A DNA stretch of 64,000 nucleotides, from the NCBI GenBank assembly GCA_012178725.1, contig GCA_012178725.1_3030.1. The stretch is one strand, 5' to 3'. Both the position numbers and the translations under genes were made by a program. This document shows positions 52,994 to 62,888 of the stretch, piece by piece. The notes below the pieces were generated by a model. It was not told where the DNA came from. It searched no databases and was given only the letters and a program-made list of their open reading frames with translations. Position 1 is the first letter of the stretch, and every line of letters starts with the position of its first letter. The stretch comes from a phage.

Positions 52994-54814
52994 CTACTGG
53001 CTCATCCATTCTTTACGAAGGTCAGCATTATCTCCCATGAGCATTTCAAAAAGCTCTTTCCAGTTCTCAGGAAGTTTAACAACATCATATACTGGATTTT
53101 GAATCATCTCACGATATTCAGATTTTTCCAAAGAGCCAAGTCCTTTAATATAACGGATGCTATGTTTAGGTAGAGCATCTTTGGCACTCTCATATTCAGC
53201 GACTGTATAAAACCATTCTTGTTTTTTACCGACCTGAGCGATGATTACAGGAGTTTTGACAAAGCGAATTCGTCCTTGCTCAAACAGTTCTGGCCAATTA
53301 CTAAAAAATCCAAGAAGAGAAGGATAAATGCTTCCTAGACCATCATGGTCAGCATCAGTCATAATAGCAATATTATGATAATTCAAGTTTTCAGCTTTTT
53401 CACCAAGAACTAGACCAGTGATTGCGCAAATATCAAACAGTTCTTTGTTTTTAAGCATATCTGCATAAGACATACCCCAGCTATTAAGAACTTTACCACG
53501 CAATGGATAACCACCGTGAAGTTCTTTATCACGAACATCAATAAGATATCCGATAGCAGAATCACCCTCAGTCAAGAAAAGAGTAGTGTCAGCATCTTTA
53601 CCGCAAAGATTCGCTTTGATATGTTTATGAACCTTAGCTTTAGAAGCCTTTTTAGCTGCTTTAGTTTCTGCTGCTTTTTCTGCCGCCAATTTACGAGCCA
53701 AAGCAGCTTCAATAATCGGCATTAGAATTGCTTCATTATTTAGAATAGCACGTGAAATCTTTTTAGCATCAAGTTGAATATGACTACGGATTTCACCAAA
53801 TGGAGAAGTCAAACGCTCTTTAGTTTGAGAATCAAATCGCATGTTTTTCATATCACGAACAAACATAACGATAGTCAAACATTCTTTGACACGCGCTTTG
53901 GTTACATCAATTTTGAACTTACGTTTGATTTGTGGAATAAGGTCTTCACAAATATCATCCATAACACAGTCAATGTGATGGCCACCATTCTTAGTATGAA
54001 TGTTATTCACATAAGTTAATTGACGAAAACCATCCGGTGAACGACCAACTGCAATAGAACAATTTTCTTGTTCTTGAACGATAGCATGCTCATCATATTG
54101 GCGTGCATATTTCTTAAAATTACCCTGAACCTTTTTACCATTAAAGGTAAATTGAATATCAGGATAAACAACAGCAAGTGTCTGGAGACGATCTAGTGTA
54201 ATGTCAAGATAAACTTGGGACAGCTCATTAGTTTCAAATGACATAAAATCAGGAATGAAAGTAACACGAGTTCCTTTCCATTTTCCTGGAATAGTTTCCC
54301 ATGATTTATTTTCCATGCCATTTGAACAACGAACTACAATATTATTTTGACCATCGCCAGTTTCACCAACAAACATCACAGAAAAAATGTTAGTTAAACT
54401 AGAACCAACACCGTTCATACCGCCGGTGACGCGTTCTTTATCATCACCGAAGTTACCACCTGCTTTTGGAATAGTCCATGCAGCAACAGGACCAGGAATT
54501 TCTTCACCGGTAGGTGTTTTAACCATCGCTTGTGGAATACCGCGACCGTTATCTTCAACTGTTACTTGATTGTTTTTAATAGTAACGTTAATTTTATTTG
54601 CGAATTTAAACTTAGTACGAATACCTTCATCTACTGAGTTATCGATAATTTCATCAATAAGCTTAACAAGACCAGGTACATACTGAACACTTTCCCATTT
54701 ACCAAACAGAAAGCGCTCATGCATTTCATTAGCAGAAGAACCAATGTACATGCCGCTACGCTTTTTGATATGTTCAATATCGCTCAGAATTTTAATTTCA
54801 TTCTTAATCATCAC
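52994..54814 (-). CDS. 39: DNA topoisomerase II large subunit (GyrB-like), unsplit 39+60 form
   Basis: 606 aa; GHKL ATPase region plus Toprim motifs (EGDSA, MTDADHDG) in one ORF. Confidence 0.9.
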   Translation of the reverse strand: MMIKNEIKILSDIEHIKKRSGMYIGSSANEMHERFLFGKWESVQYVPGLVKLIDEIIDNSVDEGIRTKFKFANKINVTIKNNQVTVEDNGRGIPQAMVKTPTGEEIPGPVAAWTIPKAGGNFGDDKERVTGGMNGVGSSLTNIFSVMFVGETGDGQNNIVVRCSNGMENKSWETIPGKWKGTRVTFIPDFMSFETNELSQVYLDITLDRLQTLAVVYPDIQFTFNGKKVQGNFKKYARQYDEHAIVQEQENCSIAVGRSPDGFRQLTYVNNIHTKNGGHHIDCVMDDICEDLIPQIKRKFKIDVTKARVKECLTIVMFVRDMKNMRFDSQTKERLTSPFGEIRSHIQLDAKKISRAILNNEAILMPIIEAALARKLAAEKAAETKAAKKASKAKVHKHIKANLCGKDADTTLFLTEGDSAIGYLIDVRDKELHGGYPLRGKVLNSWGMSYADMLKNKELFDICAITGLVLGEKAENLNYHNIAIMTDADHDGLGSIYPSLLGFFSNWPELFEQGRIRFVKTPVIIAQVGKKQEWFYTVAEYESAKDALPKHSIRYIKGLGSLEKSEYREMIQNPVYDVVKLPENWKELFEMLMGDNADLRKEWMSQ

Positions 54815-54838
54815 TTATCCTCGTTTGGTTTCGGGAAT

Positions 54839-54863
54839 ATTATACTCCGGTAATCATAAAGCT
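54839..54863 (-). promoter_or_regulatory. candidate MotA-dependent middle promoter for gene 39
   Basis: AGCTTTA (MotA-box-like, one mismatch to TGCTTTA) 12 nt upstream of TATAAT on minus strand. Confidence 0.4.
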
Positions 54864-54880
54864 AAAGGCCCGAAGGCCTT

Positions 54881-55141
54881 TTATTTAAAACGGATAGTCG
54901 AATCCTTGAAGAATAGACCAGAACATACGGTTCCTTCTACTTTCTGCCCGGTAGGTCCAATAGCGCGAAATCCAGTATGTTGGAAATCATTTTCAGAGCA
55001 ACCGAACCAATTGTATCCAGTGATTTCAATATTAGTAAAACCGCTTGATGACAAAATTTTGGTTGCATTATCAGCATCAGTACATCCTGCTAAAGACACT
55101 GCTAATACTAATGCTGCGATAGAACGATTAATATATTTCAT
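54881..55141 (-). CDS. small lipoprotein
   Basis: MKYINRSIAALVLAVSLAGC signal peptide with lipobox; about 86 aa. Confidence 0.55.
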   Translation of the reverse strand: MKYINRSIAALVLAVSLAGCTDADNATKILSSSGFTNIEITGYNWFGCSENDFQHTGFRAIGPTGQKVEGTVCSGLFFKDSTIRFK

Positions 55142-55145
55142 AATT

Positions 55146-55517
55146 TCACTCAAATTTAATGGCTTGAAGAAGACTAATAATTCTCAAGCGACTTCTTTCA
55201 TCTTTAACTGTAAAAGAAAGAGGGTCACCAGATTTCATAGTGATGGTGCATCCAAAATCAAAATCTTCTGTAACTTCTTCGAAGAAGTCAAATTCTTCAT
55301 CATAAATTAGAACATTACTCTGAAAGCTGTGAAGAATTTTTCCATCATTTCCAGATGCTGTACTAATCATTGTAACATTATGACCTTTCATATCTTCAAC
55401 GATAAATTCGCTTGTAGATATTACTGCATTAATAGAACCGTTCCTATGAATAGCAGAAAATAGATATTTCTTTTCTTCACCTTCGCGAACACGATATTTC
55501 TTACCGATTTTAAACAT
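55146..55517 (-). CDS. hypothetical protein
   Basis: 123 aa ORF. Confidence 0.5.
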   Translation of the reverse strand: MFKIGKKYRVREGEEKKYLFSAIHRNGSINAVISTSEFIVEDMKGHNVTMISTASGNDGKILHSFQSNVLIYDEEFDFFEEVTEDFDFGCTITMKSGDPLSFTVKDERSRLRIISLLQAIKFE

Positions 55518-55519
55518 AA

Positions 55520-55696
55520 TTACCCTTTAAGTAAGTCGTAAAATCCACCATTCACATGCTTAGGAGCAGAAGGCCGACGAGTAGACAAACGATGACATTT
55601 AGGGCAAACATCATTTTCTCGTTCAGAAATCTTTTTAATTTTTTCATATTCATGCCCGCAATCTTCGGATTGGCATTTATAATCATACATTGGCAT
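55520..55696 (-). CDS. FmdB-family zinc-ribbon microprotein
   Basis: Manual translation MPMYDYKCQSEDCGHEYEKIKKISERENDVCPKCH... ; matches MP-Y-Y-C..CG..FE ... CP.CG signature. Confidence 0.5.
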   Translation of the reverse strand: MPMYDYKCQSEDCGHEYEKIKKISERENDVCPKCHRLSTRRPSAPKHVNGGFYDLLKG

Positions 55697-55698
55697 AA

Positions 55699-56124
55699 TT
55701 ATTCCTTAAAGTGTGCTTTCAACATCTGATACAAGGACCATGCCTGTTCATTATTTTCAATAGTAACTTTCATGACCGGGAATTCTGTGAAATCTTCTAT
55801 TTGTTCTTGCTCTTTCTCTTCCTGCTCTTGCTCTTCAGCTGCCTGGTATGGATTTTCAACTTCATCAAAGAACCCAGCTTCGCTAGTAGAAAGCCAGATA
55901 AAGTTTTCGTCAAGGATATCACCATGTGTTGCATATCCAACTGTGCCAGTAGATGTCACAATTTTAGTAGGACGACCAAGATGGTCAACATCTAAAATTT
56001 TAAAAGGATGCATACCTAAACGGCGCGCATAGATTCCGTTATCAGTATGATCTTTAATAAAATTTTCTTGAGCTTGTTTATTTTTAAATTGATACCATTT
56101 ATTAACTTCAAATTTAATAGCCAT
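55699..56124 (-). CDS. goF: GoF-like protein (assignment by size and position)
   Basis: 141 aa; position between 39 and motB. Confidence 0.45.
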   Translation of the reverse strand: MAIKFEVNKWYQFKNKQAQENFIKDHTDNGIYARRLGMHPFKILDVDHLGRPTKIVTSTGTVGYATHGDILDENFIWLSTSEAGFFDEVENPYQAAEEQEQEEKEQEQIEDFTEFPVMKVTIENNEQAWSLYQMLKAHFKE

Positions 56125-56339
56125 TAATAAGTTTCCTTCCAGTAAGTTGTGCCATCTTCAGTAATTTCACGAAATACACCGTAAATTGGTTGTTTATCAC
56201 CAACCTTTTCATACACATAAACCGAAGTCAAGTGAGTAAACTTAACGGTATGTTCTTTTTGAACTACTACCAAATCTGGATCGAATAGTACATCTTCAAA
56301 TTCGTCATTAGTGCAATTCTGAACAATTTTACGTTTCAT
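56124..56339 (-). CDS. cef: Cef-like small protein (assignment by size and position)
   Basis: 71 aa. Confidence 0.4.
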   Translation of the reverse strand: MKRKIVQNCTNDEFEDVLFDPDLVVVQKEHTVKFTHLTSVYVYEKVGDKQPIYGVFREITEDGTTYWKETY

Positions 56340-56352
56340 TACAATTTCCTCA

Positions 56353-56634
56353 TTAATTGAACAGTGGAGCGATGCGTTTCAGAAGAGTAGCAGCACCTTT
56401 AGCGAATTTTACATCATGAAAAACAGTTTCTTCTTCCGTTACAACACGAGCTTTAATGTTTTCACAATCCCAATTTTTGCGAACAATCTTCAAAAGCTGC
56501 AGTAAATCTTTACATTCAGCAATATCGATAACACATCCACGAGAATCTTCCATTATCGCACGATAACCGTAAGCCATACCATAATCATTGAAAGATTGCT
56601 CGATGATAATTAAATTTTCCATTTTATTCTCCAA
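56353..56634 (-). CDS. hypothetical protein
   Basis: 93 aa ORF. Confidence 0.45.
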   Translation of the reverse strand: MENKMENLIIIEQSFNDYGMAYGYRAIMEDSRGCVIDIAECKDLLQLLKIVRKNWDCENIKARVVTEEETVFHDVKFAKGAATLLKRIAPLFN

Positions 56635-56719
56635 GTTGTTTTCTGTATCAGTAGTTGATATTGATATAGTACCATAATCAACTACTGATGTATATAGTTT
56701 TATGAAAAAATTTTAAACT

Positions 56720-57211
56720 TTATGCATAGCGAGCTTTGCTATAGTGTTTAATCCAACTTTCAGGAATGACTTTGTATGTTCCTAAAAATACCGCGTTGTA
56801 TAACTTAACGCCATCTTCTACCCATTGATCAGTAATGTATGCACACATAGCGCGAGTACGGTTAACAACACCTTCCTCACCTTCAGTAAATTCAAACTCA
56901 TAAGGAGCAACGAACTTAATAGCCTGACCGAGTTTCCACTTAAAGTCTACACCTACATGCGAAGTATCAATCGTTTCAATTCCTTTAGCGGGAACAGCTT
57001 TCAAAAACGCAGGCTCAAGAAATTTCCATCGAACATAACCAAACTGAGGTTTAGACATTCCATCTTTAGGAATGATACGCACTTTTACTTCAGAATCTTC
57101 ATCTTTAACACCATGTTTAAGCTGAATGCTTACGACTTCAACCAATTTTCCTGCTGCTTTAGAACGGGATTTATCAGATACACGAGCAATTTCACCGATA
57201 TTAATATTCAT
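56720..57211 (-). CDS. motB: MotB-like protein
   Basis: 163 aa; position between goF/cef block and dexA. Confidence 0.55.
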   Translation of the reverse strand: MNINIGEIARVSDKSRSKAAGKLVEVVSIQLKHGVKDEDSEVKVRIIPKDGMSKPQFGYVRWKFLEPAFLKAVPAKGIETIDTSHVGVDFKWKLGQAIKFVAPYEFEFTEGEEGVVNRTRAMCAYITDQWVEDGVKLYNAVFLGTYKVIPESWIKHYSKARYA

Positions 57212-57284
57212 AATTATCTCTCACTTGTTAAAAAGATTTTATACTCCGCAGGACCATTATACTCTGGTCCCAAGAGTTTGTAAA

Positions 57285-57785
57285 CTAGCTTACACGAACA
57301 TTAATCACTGCGCTGCGAGGAACTACAGAGTACTCTCCAGCATGAACTACGTTCAGAAGTTCAACACCATCTTCAATCCACTGATCAGTTACCCAACCGC
57401 CAATCGGATTCGCGAATGGACGACGAATATAAACTGCCTTACACAACAAATCAGTCGGGTCTTCAATTTTTTCAACTGGTGTTACATACATAGAAACTAA
57501 ATCCATATCAATATGGGATTTTTCTTGTTCTTCTTTTTCAATTTCTGTCAATAAATTGAAATCTTCTTCATAGATGATGAATGATGATACCCTTCCATAA
57601 TAGTTTCTAATTTCCATGTACACTGTACCAATGAGAATTCCGCTATTAACACTAATAACAGTAAAAGGATATCCGCCAGTTGTACCAAGAAGTTCCCAAA
57701 ACTTGCTATCAGTCGTATTCGACATTGTCTGGAAATCAATTTCAGATGGTTTTTTCATTTGATACGTAGTATTAATTTTAATCAT
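57285..57785 (-). CDS. paralog of MotB-like protein
   Basis: 166 aa; C-terminal WVTDQWIEDGVELLNVVHAGEYSVVPRS resembles YITDQWVEDGVKLYNAVFLGTYKVIPES of neighbour. Confidence 0.5.
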   Translation of the reverse strand: MIKINTTYQMKKPSEIDFQTMSNTTDSKFWELLGTTGGYPFTVISVNSGILIGTVYMEIRNYYGRVSSFIIYEEDFNLLTEIEKEEQEKSHIDMDLVSMYVTPVEKIEDPTDLLCKAVYIRRPFANPIGGWVTDQWIEDGVELLNVVHAGEYSVVPRSAVINVRVS

Positions 57786-57794
57786 AATTTTCCT

Positions 57795-58346
57795 TTAATC
57801 TAAGGTAATAAAGCCTTTTAATTCGGCATGCGATTTGCGAAACATTACTTGATGCCCACCAATGATAACTTGATCATCTGGCACTTCATAAATCGCAATG
57901 TACATTCCACGATCTTTTAAGTCTTCACGCTCTTCTCGAGTAAACCATCTCATTATATCATATTCACTAGCGAAAGCAAAATGATATAATGCAATAAACC
58001 ACAATGGAATATAATTTTCAATTCGTGAATAATCTTTATTCCATTTAGTTTTAATAGCATCATTAGCATTTTCAACTAATAACTTATCATCGTGCGGAAT
58101 AGGAATACTTTCATGACTTTCATAATTATCGCTATGATGATGAAATGACGATGAATTAATACCGCAAAATTTTAGCCAAGTTCGAGTTTTCATAGAATCA
58201 AATCCACGATAAGGAGTTGATTGAACACATAACTCTTGCCTAATTTTCATTATACCACTATCATCATTTAATGCGCTAAACGATGATTCAACACGATAAA
58301 TTTTCATTTTATTATCCTCAGTAGCTATGGTGTTATAATACCACAA
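57795..58346 (-). CDS. hypothetical protein
   Basis: 183 aa ORF. Confidence 0.5.
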   Translation of the reverse strand: MWYYNTIATEDNKMKIYRVESSFSALNDDSGIMKIRQELCVQSTPYRGFDSMKTRTWLKFCGINSSSFHHHSDNYESHESIPIPHDDKLLVENANDAIKTKWNKDYSRIENYIPLWFIALYHFAFASEYDIMRWFTREEREDLKDRGMYIAIYEVPDDQVIIGGHQVMFRKSHAELKGFITLD

Positions 58347-58370
58347 CTGACCGAGGAAGTAAACAACTTT

Positions 58371-59054
58371 TTATCGTTTAGTTGGAAGAGATAGAGGATC
58401 GCATTCTTCCTCTGATGGAGCGTCTTCTAGACCCATAGCGTATCGCAAAGCATACTTCATCATCAGGATGTCTTTCGCACAGTCATGAATAGAATCATGT
58501 GCAACGAATCCATCTAAAGTTCCCTTTGGAAGAGGACATGTGGTCATATCACGAACAAGCAGAAGTGCTTCAATTCTGGTACGAATATCACGCTGATTCC
58601 AGAATTTACACGGTTCTAACTTAAATGTGTCAAGCTCATTCTCAGAAACACCATTAAGACGTTGAATATCACGAATGAGATCGACTAAAATTGGAAAATC
58701 AAACGACATTCCACGGCACCAGCCTTGAGATTTCCAAGGATCGATATTATGCGCATTGATGTAATCATTAAATTTTGCAATACCATCGATAGTGCTTACA
58801 TCTTCATCTGATGGTGCAATATTTTTTCTAGCTTCAGGTGATTGATTTTTCCACCATTCGATAGTGCTTTTAGTAAAAAGACGATGTCCTTTTTGGCTTT
58901 TTAAATCAAATTTGATTTTAATGCCGCGTGAAACTAATTCATCAAATGTTTCAACAACTTCCGGGTTAGGGTCAAAAGCAATTACAGCCAAATCAATAAC
59001 AGCTGCTTTTTCACCACTTCCCATCGTTTCAAAATCTATAATAAAATCAAACAT
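58371..59054 (-). CDS. dexA: exonuclease A (DEDD 3'-5' exonuclease)
   Basis: 227 aa; N-terminal FDFETMG acidic exonuclease motif. Confidence 0.85.
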   Translation of the reverse strand: MFDFIIDFETMGSGEKAAVIDLAVIAFDPNPEVVETFDELVSRGIKIKFDLKSQKGHRLFTKSTIEWWKNQSPEARKNIAPSDEDVSTIDGIAKFNDYINAHNIDPWKSQGWCRGMSFDFPILVDLIRDIQRLNGVSENELDTFKLEPCKFWNQRDIRTRIEALLLVRDMTTCPLPKGTLDGFVAHDSIHDCAKDILMMKYALRYAMGLEDAPSEEECDPLSLPTKR

Positions 59055-59311
59055 TAAATTTTCCTTGCTAAATCGCGAATTTGACCTACAGTATAGTCTT
59101 GAATATAAACTTTATTGATAGGCTCATCAATAAATTTTGCCATAGATTCAATGTCTTTTTGTATTTCTTCAAGACTGTATACTATCTTTAAAGCTTTTTC
59201 GCGAATAGTAATATTTTCAGGACCCTGATTTTCTTTAATGACAGCTTTAACATTTGCCATAAGAGATTTAAATTGGTACCAACTTAATTCAATCATTAAT
59301 AATCGCCTCAT
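59054..59311 (-). CDS. hypothetical protein, paralog of 59289-59549
   Basis: 85 aa. Confidence 0.45.
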   Translation of the reverse strand: MRRLLMIELSWYQFKSLMANVKAVIKENQGPENITIREKALKIVYSLEEIQKDIESMAKFIDEPINKVYIQDYTVGQIRDLARKI

Positions 59312-59549
59312 AAAGATAGCTAATTTCGCCTAAAACATAATCATTAATTGTAACAGTTTTCACTTCACCGCAAAAGAATTCTAACGCAATTAAATCTCGT
59401 TCAATTTCTTCTAATTGAAGCATCAACTTATTAGATTCAATTTTTACAGTTTCACGATTTTTACCATGAGCAATTTCATAAATTTCGCTAATTTTATCCT
59501 GAAGAAAATAAAACTGATCTTTAGTTATTTCCACGAATAGCTTCCTCAA
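59289..59549 (-). CDS. hypothetical protein, paralog of 59054-59311
   Basis: 86 aa. Confidence 0.45.
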   Translation of the reverse strand: MRKLFVEITKDQFYFLQDKISEIYEIAHGKNRETVKIESNKLMLQLEEIERDLIALEFFCGEVKTVTINDYVLGEISYLYEAIIND

Positions 59550-59588
59550 ATTTAATCAATAATTTACAGACACTTTCATCTAGTGTAA

Positions 59589-59780
59589 TTACCGTATCTG
59601 TATTACTGTGATATGATTGTTTTCAATTCGTTTAATTGCTAATATAGTATCACTTATAAGATAAAGCTTATGAAGGAGCTCAGCTCCTGTTACCATAACA
59701 TTAAGATTATCTTGCTTATTAGTATGCTTCCTTATACCATCTATTAGACGATTTAAATATTTTGAATTGATGTTAATCAT
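59589..59780 (-). CDS. hypothetical small protein
   Basis: 63 aa ORF. Confidence 0.4.
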   Translation of the reverse strand: MININSKYLNRLIDGIRKHTNKQDNLNVMVTGAELLHKLYLISDTILAIKRIENNHITVIQIR

Positions 59781-59786
59781 ATATCC

Positions 59787-61106
59787 TCACACATAAAACA
59801 CATCATAACGACCACGAGTGACACCAACATAAAGAAGCTGCTGAGCTAATTCAGCATCTGCATAATGAATACAAGGCGTATAAATGAAAGCACGGTCTAC
59901 AGACATACCCTGCGCTTTATGGAATGTTGATGCAGGAAGTGCTTTCACTTTACTAAACTGTGATTTAGCATCCCAAAAATCGCTCCACGGAGCTTTTCCG
60001 CCTTTGTTCCAATTTTTATAAGTTTCTGCTGTTTTACCTAAAAATAGGTTAAACTTATACAATTCTTCATCAGATGAAATTATTTTAATCTTTTCACGAT
60101 AATATTCATCATCGCCATAAGTTTCTACTGTTAAATCCCAATGACGAATTAAGTATTCCCCAGAAACACCACGAGCTTTAACAAACGTTGATGTATACTC
60201 TGCTTCTATAATACGAACTAATTGTCCGTTATTAAAAATAATTTCTGACACAGGCTTTCCATCAATTTTATATGTTTTAATTAATGGTTCCTGCATTACA
60301 ATAATTTCACCGACAATAAAATCTTTATCAGTTTCAAAAATCTTTTTACGAATGATGTTATTTAACTTGTCAACAGATTTATTCGTAAATGCCATTACGC
60401 GATTTTCAAACAAATCATCTAGTGATTTTACGATTGAAAAATAATTTACCATAAAATCGCGTAAAGCAGTATCACCAGTAAATCCACGTACTCCATGCCC
60501 GTCAACAACTTTGTCATAAATCCACTTACCGTTGCGAACGTCAGTAGCTACATCAATAATAGGAGCATTACTGCGTTTAACTTCAGTGAGTTCACACTGA
60601 TAAAAATCTTTATGTGTAAAGAATGGACTGATATAAGCAGTATTTTCTCCTGGGTCAACAGGTCTAATTTGCTTATTATCACCTATTCCAATTATAGTAC
60701 ACCACGGCGGGATAGTTGAAAGCAGAATTTTAAATAGCTTTCTATCATACATTGACACTTCATCGCAGATTAATACCCTGCATTTAGCTAAATCTGGTAC
60801 TTCCTTCTGCTCAAAAAGAACGTTTTCTTCATATGTTACTGGGTTAATTTTAAGAATACTATGAATAGTACTTGCTTCTTTCCCTGATAGTTTTGAAAGA
60901 ATCTTTTTAGCTGCATGAGTAGGAGCTGCTAAAATAATACCAGTTTCACCCGTAGATATTAAAGCTTCAATGATGAATTTGGTAAGAGTAGTCTTACCGG
61001 TGCCAGCAGGTCCATTAATAGTTACATGATGTTTCTTTTCTTTAATAGCCTTCATAACAATGTTAAAGGCATTTTTCTGGCCTTCGGTCAAATCATCAAA
61101 TGTCAT
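59787..61106 (-). CDS. dda: Dda SF1B DNA helicase
   Basis: 439 aa; Walker A GPAGTGKT; recognised as T4 Dda. Confidence 0.95.
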   Translation of the reverse strand: MTFDDLTEGQKNAFNIVMKAIKEKKHHVTINGPAGTGKTTLTKFIIEALISTGETGIILAAPTHAAKKILSKLSGKEASTIHSILKINPVTYEENVLFEQKEVPDLAKCRVLICDEVSMYDRKLFKILLSTIPPWCTIIGIGDNKQIRPVDPGENTAYISPFFTHKDFYQCELTEVKRSNAPIIDVATDVRNGKWIYDKVVDGHGVRGFTGDTALRDFMVNYFSIVKSLDDLFENRVMAFTNKSVDKLNNIIRKKIFETDKDFIVGEIIVMQEPLIKTYKIDGKPVSEIIFNNGQLVRIIEAEYTSTFVKARGVSGEYLIRHWDLTVETYGDDEYYREKIKIISSDEELYKFNLFLGKTAETYKNWNKGGKAPWSDFWDAKSQFSKVKALPASTFHKAQGMSVDRAFIYTPCIHYADAELAQQLLYVGVTRGRYDVFYV

Positions 61107-61414
61107 CGTAAATTCCCTGCAATTGGTATACTAACAATACGCCCAGTATCTAAAATTCGCTGATATAATCTTTGTGTGTCTACGTCAGGCTTAACATGTT
61201 TAACTTCTATTTTATTAAACCAAAACTTACGTGGAGTCTCAACTAATCTTGGAATTCCCTTACCTAAAGCTAGTCGATACTGTTCTTTAAGAGTAGTAAA
61301 TACTTTATCAGCAATCTTCCATTCAAAAAATACAGCAGGACGATGTTCATCAAGCGGAACTGGCGCCGTAAATCCGTCTTTGTCTCGGTAAACTATCGCA
61401 TATACATAAACCAT
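61103..61414 (-). CDS. hypothetical protein
   Basis: 103 aa ORF overlapping dda start by 4 nt. Confidence 0.5.
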   Translation of the reverse strand: MVYVYAIVYRDKDGFTAPVPLDEHRPAVFFEWKIADKVFTTLKEQYRLALGKGIPRLVETPRKFWFNKIEVKHVKPDVDTQRLYQRILDTGRIVSIPIAGNLR

Positions 61415-61415
61415 A

Positions 61416-62162
61416 TTATCCTCGGATAAGTTTAAAAATTGAACAATTTAGCGGGTATCCTCTTTTCAGTTTAAGTTTATCAATAAAAGACAAGTTTTGA
61501 TACCGCTCTACACCTTGAATAATTTTATCACACATATCATATTGCATTTCTGCTTCTGACAACTTTTTCACAATTTTCCAATCCGAGCCTTTAAGAAGAA
61601 CGTTCAGTTTAACAACTTCAGCGCCTTCTGCTATGCGAGAACCATCAATACGAGCTTTAAGTGCTATAATCCTTAGCTTAATGTCAGAGGTCTGTTTTGA
61701 TTTAGAAAGCTGAGAAATGTGTTCAATTCGATTTTCACGTTTTTTCTGTATAGCTTTAATTTGATTATAAGTCTTTTTGATTTTAGCCCATTTCTTTTCA
61801 TCTAAATTTAGTTTATGAACTTTTTTCGCAGATGAACGACCAATTCGCAAAGCAAATAAATCCCGTTTTTCAATTAACTCCTCTAAAGTATAATCAGAAC
61901 GAAATGTATTATACTTTTTCTTTACTGCAATAACATTCCCTTTAATGTATCCAACGTTATTATCAAAACGTTCTAATGATAATTTCTCTCCTTCAATACG
62001 ATTATCAAAAGGTTCTCCCGAGTAAGCACAAACTTTTTGATCTAAAATGTTCTTAATGTAATTGAAGTCTAAGTTAAAATCTTTAGAACGTCTTTTTGCA
62101 GATGCCTGAGTATGCTCTAAACGACGTTTAATTTTACGAATTTGGTTATTAGACAGCTTCAT
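61416..62162 (-). CDS. Srd-like basic protein (assignment by position)
   Basis: 248 aa, Lys/Arg-rich; position between dda and modA. Confidence 0.45.
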   Translation of the reverse strand: MKLSNNQIRKIKRRLEHTQASAKRRSKDFNLDFNYIKNILDQKVCAYSGEPFDNRIEGEKLSLERFDNNVGYIKGNVIAVKKKYNTFRSDYTLEELIEKRDLFALRIGRSSAKKVHKLNLDEKKWAKIKKTYNQIKAIQKKRENRIEHISQLSKSKQTSDIKLRIIALKARIDGSRIAEGAEVVKLNVLLKGSDWKIVKKLSEAEMQYDMCDKIIQGVERYQNLSFIDKLKLKRGYPLNCSIFKLIRG

Positions 62163-62285
62163 ATTTTTCTCACATCTTACGGACGGTTAACTACTTATAC
62201 TATAACATTTTTACTTCAGCTTGTAAACAACTTTATGTAAAAATGCTTTAAAAATTTCATGGTATAATGAATCTAAGTCCTTCCA

Positions 62286-62888
62286 TTATAGATTAAATCC
62301 TTCAAAATCAAGAGTATAGATAGTGTATGTTGAATACTTTTTGTACTCATATCTATCTGCAATTCTAAATACACTTCCAGCTGGTATCATTACTTCTTGT
62401 TCATCTGAAACTAATTCCATATTACGATAACGATGGCTATCCGGAAACTTAAAGTTTGGATTGTATTCTTTACAGCGCAGAGCTTTTATAGCATACTCCT
62501 GGAAATTGAATACCATAGGAGCTTTGAATTCAAAAATAACTTGTGTGTTATACTCTAAACCAGAAGCAAAATGTAGAGCTATATTTTTATCATATGAAGC
62601 TGATACGACTTTATCAAATGTAATAATATCAATTCCTTGATTTAACACCTGCTTAGTCTCAGCTGGAACACCTCTCCAAAGAGGTTTATCGTTTGGAACC
62701 AAACGAGATTTGATTATTTCATTTAACCAAGTATGGTCATCTGGCTTATTAGTAATACAATGAATTAAAAGTTCAATTTCAGATAAATTAAACCCTTCAG
62801 AAAGTAATTCTTCACGAATAGAAGCACGCACCGATGCATCCATTGATTTTATTTTAAAATCTTTTAGTTGCATTACTGAGTATTTCAT
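62286..62888 (-). CDS. modA: ModA ADP-ribosyltransferase
   Basis: 200 aa; R-S-E motifs (LWRGV, VVSASYD, EQEVMIP). Confidence 0.85.
   Translation of the reverse strand: MKYSVMQLKDFKIKSMDASVRASIREELLSEGFNLSEIELLIHCITNKPDDHTWLNEIIKSRLVPNDKPLWRGVPAETKQVLNQGIDIITFDKVVSASYDKNIALHFASGLEYNTQVIFEFKAPMVFNFQEYAIKALRCKEYNPNFKFPDSHRYRNMELVSDEQEVMIPAGSVFRIADRYEYKKYSTYTIYTLDFEGFNL

Noticed and set aside
52994-54814. Gene 60 split with a 50-nt translational bypass element
   Set aside because: The Toprim-encoding part is contiguous with the ATPase part in one ORF; no interrupting stop or hop signal.
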